From Alcanivorax sp. UBA4485 (GTDB taxonomy: Bacteria; Pseudomonadota; Gammaproteobacteria; Pseudomonadales; Alcanivoracaceae), in NCBI GenBank assembly GCA_002389055.1, contig DGNT01000176.1, forward strand, positions 1 through 63,122: a DNA stretch of 63,122 nucleotides. The letters are read 5' to 3'. The translations under genes were made by a program, and so were the position numbers. Below, piece after piece: positions 57,394-63,122 of this stretch (its first letter is position 1; every line of letters starts with the position of its first letter). The notes below the pieces were generated by a model. That model saw nothing but the letters and a program-made list of their open reading frames with translations, did not search any database and was not told where the DNA came from.

Positions 57394-57422
57394 AAGTTAC
57401 TGTACATGCGAACAGTAGTCAA
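57394..57422 (-). promoter_or_regulatory. Sigma70 promoter overlapped by a LexA box
   Basis: Minus strand TTGACT-N17-TAACTT; TACTGT-ACATGCGA-ACAGTA at 57398-57417. Confidence 0.7.
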
Positions 57423-57434
57423 GCGAAGCCCGGC

Positions 57435-57689
57435 CTATTCGTCGGGCAGCGTGATGTTCAGTTCCAGAATCTCGCAGCCGGATTCCCGGTCCACCTGGAT
57501 ATTGATGGCGTCCTGGTCCACTTCCACGTACTTGCGCACCACCATCAGCAGTTCTTCCTGCAACTGCGGCAGGTAATCCGGGCCGCCACGGGTGGCCCGC
57601 TCGCGGGCAACGATGATCTGCAGGCGCTCCTTGGCCACCGAGGCGGATTTCTCTTTCTTGGGAAGCAGGTAGCTGAAAATGCTCATCAT
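57435..57689 (-). CDS. minE: Cell-division topological specificity factor
   Basis: SASVAKERLQIIVARER...YLPQLQEELL...LELNITLP. Confidence 0.95.
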   Translation of the reverse strand: MMSIFSYLLPKKEKSASVAKERLQIIVARERATRGGPDYLPQLQEELLMVVRKYVEVDQDAINIQVDRESGCEILELNITLPDE

Positions 57690-58501
57690 TGCGCTCCGAA
57701 CAGACGGCCGAAGAGTCCTTTCTTGTTGGCGGTGAGGAAGCGGTGCGGGCGCTGCTCGCCGAGGAAGCGGGCCACCGCGTCCTCATAGGCCTTGCCAGCG
57801 TCGGATTCGCTATCGAGAATCACCGGCGCGCCGCTGTTGCTGGCGTTGAGCACCGCCTGGGATTCCGGAATCACGCCCAGCAGGTCGATCGCCAGGATGT
57901 CCTTCACGTCTTCCACGGACAGCATTTCACCGCGCTCCACCCGTTCCGGGGAATAGCGGGTCAGCAGCAGGCTGGCGGGGATGTCGCCTTCGCCCAATTC
58001 GGCCTTGCGGGTCTTGCTGGAAAGAATCCCGAGAATGCGGTCGGAATCGCGCACGCTGGACACTTCCGGGTTGGTCACCACCACCGCTTCGTCGGCGAAA
58101 TAGGCGGCGGTCAGGGCGCCTTTCTCAATGCCCGCCGGACTGTCGCAGATGATGTATTCCATGCCCATGTCCTTGAGCCCTTCGAGGACTTTTTCCACGC
58201 CTTCCAGGGTCAGGGCGTCTTTATCCCGGGTCTGGGAGGCGGGCAGGATGAACAGGTCCTCGACGCGCTTGTCCTTGATCAGGCCCTGCTTGAGGTTGGC
58301 GTCGCCGTTGATCACGTTGACCAGATCGTAGACCACGCGCCGCTCACAGCCCATGATCAGGTCCAGGTTGCGCAGGCCCACGTCAAAATCGATGACCGTG
58401 GTTTTATGGCCGCGCTGGGCGAGGCCCGTTGCCAGCGCGGCGCTGGTGGTGGTTTTACCCACGCCGCCCTTGCCGGATGTTACGACCACGATTTTTGTCA
58501 C
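57686..58501 (-). CDS. minD: Septum site-determining ATPase
   Basis: TSGKGGVGKTT, DFDVGLRNLD, C-terminal KKGLFGRLFG. Confidence 0.97.
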   Translation of the reverse strand: MTKIVVVTSGKGGVGKTTTSAALATGLAQRGHKTTVIDFDVGLRNLDLIMGCERRVVYDLVNVINGDANLKQGLIKDKRVEDLFILPASQTRDKDALTLEGVEKVLEGLKDMGMEYIICDSPAGIEKGALTAAYFADEAVVVTNPEVSSVRDSDRILGILSSKTRKAELGEGDIPASLLLTRYSPERVERGEMLSVEDVKDILAIDLLGVIPESQAVLNASNSGAPVILDSESDAGKAYEDAVARFLGEQRPHRFLTANKKGLFGRLFGAQ

Positions 58502-58536
58502 GATCTCGTCTCCTAGGTTTTGCTGTCGGATATGGC

Positions 58537-59253
58537 TTATTTGAGGTCCGCGAAGCGCATGGCGTCGCCGTCCAGAGTGATGTGCACCGCCTGTTTGCGG
58601 TGTTGGTCGGGCAGGTCCTCGGCGACCCGGTAAATCCCGGCGATGGAGACCAGCTCCGCGTCCAGCTTCTGACAGAAGATGCGCGCGCTCTGATCGCCGC
58701 GTACGCCGGCCAGGGCCCGCCCGCGCAGGGTGTTGTAAACGTGGATATGCCCTTCGGCGAGCAGCTCCGCGCCGGTGCTCACCGGCGCCAGCACGATCAA
58801 ATCGCCGCGGCTGTAGATTTGCTGGCCGGAGCGCACCGGCTGGTCGATCACCAGGGTATGGCCCGCGTCGGCCGGTTGCTCGGCCTCAGCGGCCGGCGCC
58901 GGCTCGGCGCTGCGCGGCACGTCCCGGCCGCCGGCCAGGCTGATGCTGCCCAGCCCGAGCATGGCAGCGGTGTCGCTGTCCAGGTGCTCGTTGCGGGCCA
59001 GCGCCACCAGATTCACGCCCAGGCCGCGCAGGGTGTCCACGGCGGCCATCAGGGCCACCTGGTCGGTGTCCTCGGGGTGGGCCAGATCCACCACCACGGG
59101 CGCGTCGCGCAGCCACTGGGCGGCGTCGTCGAGCTTCTGGCTGACCTGGCGGTGCAGGGTGTTGGGGTCCAGGTCCTTGAGCAGCAGGACCGTCATCATC
59201 AGCATGCGGCCCTTGAACTCCAGAACCGCCTTTTCCTCGAATGCCACTGTCAT
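58537..59253 (-). CDS. minC: Septum formation inhibitor
   Basis: PVRSGQQIY...GAELLAEGHIHVYNTLRGRALAG. Confidence 0.95.
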   Translation of the reverse strand: MTVAFEEKAVLEFKGRMLMMTVLLLKDLDPNTLHRQVSQKLDDAAQWLRDAPVVVDLAHPEDTDQVALMAAVDTLRGLGVNLVALARNEHLDSDTAAMLGLGSISLAGGRDVPRSAEPAPAAEAEQPADAGHTLVIDQPVRSGQQIYSRGDLIVLAPVSTGAELLAEGHIHVYNTLRGRALAGVRGDQSARIFCQKLDAELVSIAGIYRVAEDLPDQHRKQAVHITLDGDAMRFADLK

Positions 59254-59385
59254 TACGGGGGATCTTTATGAATATGGGTTGGCGCCGAAGGCGAGACGCA
59301 GAAAGCCTAGTCGAAAGCGCTACCCGGTGAAAGCGGCGCGGAGGCCCGCCATTGTTAAATTTCGCTGGACTGGGATCGATTGAAC

Positions 59386-59415
59386 AAAAAAAAGCCGCCC
59401 CGAAGGGCGGCTCTT
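59386..59415 (-). terminator. Terminator of fadE
   Basis: A8-GCCGCCC-CGAA-GGGCGGC. Confidence 0.8.
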
Positions 59416-59437
59416 GTGACGCTTGCCAGGGCCGCGA

Positions 59438-61900
59438 TCAGGTCGGCCGCTGGGTGTTCATGTCGACGTCCTTCAATTCCATGTCGAAGGCGTCGGTAAG
59501 CAGGCAGTCGTAACGCATCTCGTCGTAGTCGAGAATCGCCTGTACCTGGTCGTTGGGGATGATGCCTTTGGCGGCGGCGTCTTCCAGCTTGGCCTGGATG
59601 GTGTCGCCTTCCAGTTTGCCCTTGCCGTCCGCTTTCAGGAACGCCTCGTAATCGTGCTCCACTTCCAGCAGCTTGTTGTAGGTGACTTCCACCCGGCCGA
59701 CGCTGTCTTGCGGGTCCACGCTGATGTAGGCGTTGGCGGCCAGGGCGTCGCGCACGCTGCTGGGGCTCATGATCTGCTCGCCCAGGGTGCGGATCAGCTC
59801 GTCGCTGGGTTTGTGCGCGCCGGCGGGCCGGCCCAGCGGGAAGAACAGGCCTTTGAGAATGCGCGCCACGCCCAGGTAGCCGAAGTTGCGGGCGAAGTCT
59901 TCCACCGCGTCATGGATCTGGCTGAACGCATGCTGCAGCGCGTAGCGGGCGTGCGCATCGTTGGCCTCGTCGCGGGGCAGGGTAGCGTGGAACTTCAACA
60001 CCGCGCAGGCGATCAGCAGCTGGCTGTGCACGTCGCCGAGGCGCGCGGACACCATCTCGCGACGCTTGAGGTCGCCGCCCAGCAGGGCAAAGGCCACGTC
60101 GGACAGGCTCGCAAGCACCGCGCTGTAGCGGGTGATCAGGCGGTACCAGGGGGCGCTGAAGCTGTCCGCGTTGGCCGGGATTTCCGCCAGGGCGGCGCCG
60201 CTGAGGCCGTGCACCAGCCCCCGGCTCATGTTGCCCAGGGTGTGGCCGGCGTGCTTGAAGAACAGGCCTTCGAAGGTGTTCAGGCCGCGCTCCTGGTCTT
60301 CGTCCTGGATCGCCTGCAGCTCGTCGTACAGGTACGGGTGGCAGCGCATCGCGCCCTGACCGAAGATCATCAGCGAGCGGGTCAGGATGTTGGCGCCTTC
60401 CACGGTGATCGCCACCGGAATGGACTGATACGCCAGGGCCATGAAGTTACGCGGGCCCATTTGCACGGCCCGGCCACTGGCGATGTCCATGCCGTTGTTG
60501 ATCAGAATCCGCATCATTTCCGTGGAATGGTACTTGGCCATCGCCGTGACCACGGAGATGGTGCCTTCCTCCAGGCCACGGGTAACCAGGTGGCGGTACG
60601 CTTCCAGGGTGTAGGCCAGGCCCGCCACTTCCGCGGACGCTTCCTGCACGCCCTCGAAGTGGCCCACGGCGGTGCCGAACTGGCGGCGGATGCGCGAGAA
60701 GGCGCCGGTCATGCGGTAGCCCATCTCGCCGCTGGCGGTGGCCAGGGCCGGCAGGGAAACGCCGCGGCCCGCGCCCAGGCATTCGATCAGCATGCGCCAG
60801 CCTTTGCCGGCCATTTCCGGGCCGCCGATGATGGCGTCCAGCGGTACGAACACGTCCTTGCCGTTGATCGGACCGTTCATGAACGGCGAACCGCCCGGAT
60901 TGTGGCGGCGGCCGATTTCCACGCCTTCGGTGTCGGCCGGCAGCAGGGCACAGGTAATGCCCAGCTCGTCCTCGTCACCGAGCAGGTGGTCCGGGTCGTA
61001 GAGTTTAAAGGCCAGGCCCACCACGGTGGCGATGGGTGCCAGGGTGATCCAGCGCTTGGCGAAGTTCAGGCGCATGCCCAGCACTTCCTCGCCGTCCACG
61101 GTCTGCTTGCAGATCACGCCTTTATCGGGAATCGCGCCGGCGTCGGAGCCGGCTTCCGGGCCGGTCAGGCCGAAGCAGGGGATTTCCTCACCGGAGGACA
61201 GGCCCGGCAACCAGCGCTGTTTCTGTTCCTCGGTACCGTACTTGGCGAGCAGTTCGCCGGGGCCCAGAGAGTTGGGCACCATGGCGGTCACCGCGGTGGT
61301 CAGTGAGCGGGTGGCGATCTTGCTCATGGTGCGACTTTGCGCGTAGGCGCTGAAGTCCCGGCCACCGTATTCCTTGGGAATGATCAGGCTGAAGAAGCCC
61401 TTGGTCTTGAGGTAGTCCCAGACTTCCTCGGGCAGGTCCTTGTGCTCGTGGTAAATCTTCCACTCGTCGAGCATTTCGCACAGTTCCTGAACCTCATTAT
61501 CCAGGAACGACTGCTCGTCCTCGGTGAGCTGGGTGAAATTGACCTTGGAAAAGTCGTCCCAGTCCGGCTTGCCGCTGAACAGCTCCGCCTCGAACCAGGT
61601 GGCGCCGGCCTCGATGGCCTCGCGCTCGGTGTCGCCGATCGGCGGCATCATCTTGCCGAGCGCCTGATAGACCGGCTTGCTGATCAGCTTGCGGCGCAGG
61701 CCGGGGTGATTGAGTACCACCAGCGCCGCGGCCAGCAGAATCAGAAGAATCGGGTTGTACAACCAGGGCGCCAACAGACCGCACAGCAACCAGACCACGG
61801 CGAATGTGACGCTGCCGACGGTCAGGGATAACTGCATGTAGAAAATGGTCGTCAATGTCGCGACCAGAATTACCAGGGCCAAAAGGCTCAGCATGGTCAT
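59438..61900 (-). CDS. fadE: Acyl-CoA dehydrogenase (long FadE type)
   Basis: VPNSLGPGELL, CFGLTGPEAGSDA, ITVEGANILTRS. Confidence 0.93.
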   Translation of the reverse strand: MTMLSLLALVILVATLTTIFYMQLSLTVGSVTFAVVWLLCGLLAPWLYNPILLILLAAALVVLNHPGLRRKLISKPVYQALGKMMPPIGDTEREAIEAGATWFEAELFSGKPDWDDFSKVNFTQLTEDEQSFLDNEVQELCEMLDEWKIYHEHKDLPEEVWDYLKTKGFFSLIIPKEYGGRDFSAYAQSRTMSKIATRSLTTAVTAMVPNSLGPGELLAKYGTEEQKQRWLPGLSSGEEIPCFGLTGPEAGSDAGAIPDKGVICKQTVDGEEVLGMRLNFAKRWITLAPIATVVGLAFKLYDPDHLLGDEDELGITCALLPADTEGVEIGRRHNPGGSPFMNGPINGKDVFVPLDAIIGGPEMAGKGWRMLIECLGAGRGVSLPALATASGEMGYRMTGAFSRIRRQFGTAVGHFEGVQEASAEVAGLAYTLEAYRHLVTRGLEEGTISVVTAMAKYHSTEMMRILINNGMDIASGRAVQMGPRNFMALAYQSIPVAITVEGANILTRSLMIFGQGAMRCHPYLYDELQAIQDEDQERGLNTFEGLFFKHAGHTLGNMSRGLVHGLSGAALAEIPANADSFSAPWYRLITRYSAVLASLSDVAFALLGGDLKRREMVSARLGDVHSQLLIACAVLKFHATLPRDEANDAHARYALQHAFSQIHDAVEDFARNFGYLGVARILKGLFFPLGRPAGAHKPSDELIRTLGEQIMSPSSVRDALAANAYISVDPQDSVGRVEVTYNKLLEVEHDYEAFLKADGKGKLEGDTIQAKLEDAAAKGIIPNDQVQAILDYDEMRYDCLLTDAFDMELKDVDMNTQRPT

Positions 61901-62186
61901 CTCCTTTGCCAGGACTTCACTTGTGGATCACAAGTACGAACCGGAAACGCGCCTCCGGGCGGGCGTGGATATCGTAACGAAATCAAACATCAGGGTACCG
62001 AGCGGGCATGTACGGCACGTGAACGCCTGTTTCTCACCTCTGTAGGGATAATAACGCCCATGATGCCGCTTTCGTCTTGATTTAACAGTATTTAATCCGC
62101 TCGCTTGCATCCTGCATCCATAGCCCCATTTGAGTACAATGCAGCGCAATCCACACTCGCCAAGCAAGCCGCCTCAAGGAGCTACC

Positions 62187-63059
62187 GTGCAGGACAACGC
62201 CGCCGCCACTATCGACGTCACGGAACAAAACGTTCAGCAATTGCTGGAGCATTCACGTCAGGTGCCCGTGCTGTTTGGTTTCTGGGCGTCCTGGAGCCAG
62301 CCCAGCCAGCAAATGACTGTGTTGCTGGAGACGCTGGCCCAGGAGTATCAGGGCAAGTTCGTGCTCGCCAAGGTCAACGCCGACGAGCAGGCCAACCTGA
62401 CCAGCCAGTTCGGGGTGCGTGACCTGCCGTCGTTGAAAATGGTCTACCAGGGCCAGCTTGTCAGCGAACTGGAAGGCGCGCAAACCGAGAGCGCCGTACG
62501 CCAGTGGCTGACCCCGGTGGTCGACCCGGACGCCGCCCAGCAGGAGCAGGAAGAGGGCTTTCTGGAGCAGATCCGCATGGCGATTGACGCCGGGCAGGGC
62601 GCCCAGGCCGAGCAGGCCCTGCGGCAAATGCTCTCCGAACAGCCCGACAAGCACGCCTTCCGGGCCTTGCTGGTGGAGTACCTGCTTGGCGAAGGCCGCA
62701 CCGACGACGCTCAGTCGGTGCTGGCGGAAGTCACCGAGGACGTGGAAGCGCTGCGCCCGTTCCGGGCCCGCTTCGCGCTGCTGGAGAAGCTCGACGACGA
62801 CGGCGTCGGCCTGAAGGAATTGCAGGCGCGCATCGAGCGCGACGGCAAGCCGGAGGATCTGCACGCCTACGGCCTGCGCGCCGCCGCCGCCGGCCAGTTC
62901 CAGCCCGGTCTGGATGCGCTGCTGCGGTTGCTGCGCGACCACCACGACTACCAGGACGGCGTCGCCCGCTCGGCGCTGCTGGAAGTGTTCGAGTGCCTGC
63001 CCAAGGGCGACCCGCTGGCCAGCGAGTACCGCCGCAAGATGTTCACCTACCTCTACTGA
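62187..63059 (+). CDS. cnoX: Thioredoxin-TPR co-chaperone YbbN/CnoX
   Basis: VPVLFGFWASWSQPS...LAKVNAD, C-terminal YRRKMFTYLY; AAGGAG RBS before GTG. Confidence 0.88.
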   Translation: MQDNAAATIDVTEQNVQQLLEHSRQVPVLFGFWASWSQPSQQMTVLLETLAQEYQGKFVLAKVNADEQANLTSQFGVRDLPSLKMVYQGQLVSELEGAQTESAVRQWLTPVVDPDAAQQEQEEGFLEQIRMAIDAGQGAQAEQALRQMLSEQPDKHAFRALLVEYLLGEGRTDDAQSVLAEVTEDVEALRPFRARFALLEKLDDDGVGLKELQARIERDGKPEDLHAYGLRAAAAGQFQPGLDALLRLLRDHHDYQDGVARSALLEVFECLPKGDPLASEYRRKMFTYLY

Positions 63060-63068
63060 GCGTCCGGG

Positions 63069-63122
63069 CCGGCAAAGGTTGCCCCGCAGGATCCCAGAGG
63101 CTTTTCTCTCCAGAAAGCCCGC
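63069..63122. repeat. Partial REPIN inner arm at the window end
   Basis: CCGCAGGATCCCAGAGG. Confidence 0.5.

Overview
High-GC gammaproteobacterial chromosome segment. Gene content (FadL plus Ig-like lipoprotein, PraB-like proteins, FadE, BetT) suggests Alcanivorax/Alloalcanivorax, but this is inference. Positions 1-18.4 kb form a mosaic accessory hot-spot. It holds an AupA/AupB-like pair whose 3' part is low-GC, three divergent secreted PraA/PraB-like paralogues, a decayed IS3 and three intact TA pairs (PIN-Phd, AbiE, RelE-HTH). It also holds several TA modules that have lost the toxin, three copies of the Rpn/DUF4351 C-terminal tail, and a family of composite non-coding repeats built on a TTTGCGG-N3-CCGCA motif. 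Positions 18.4-63 kb are mostly core-like: a Fur-boxed PepSY operon, MATE, epmC, betT, a MoxR/DUF58 cluster, wrbA-arsC-yihY-acyP, an MNT-HEPN pair, GT41 next to a GlyGly-CTERM-like surface protein, and fumarase. Further on lie a TetR-controlled 3-hydroxybutyrate/ester catabolic cluster containing a large secreted NHL-repeat protein, minCDE, fadE and cnoX. Modular GTAG/GTGG REP/REPIN elements are scattered throughout. Best candidates for undescribed biology: (1) the FadL-AupB-PraB surface system with a swappable low-GC part; (2) the repeat/Rpn-tail-delimited bank of orphan antitoxins; (3) a LexA-boxed ~95-nt structured sRNA between bdhA and minE; (4) the secreted NHL propeller in the 3HB/ester operon. 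All family calls come from motifs recognised by eye; no database searches were run.
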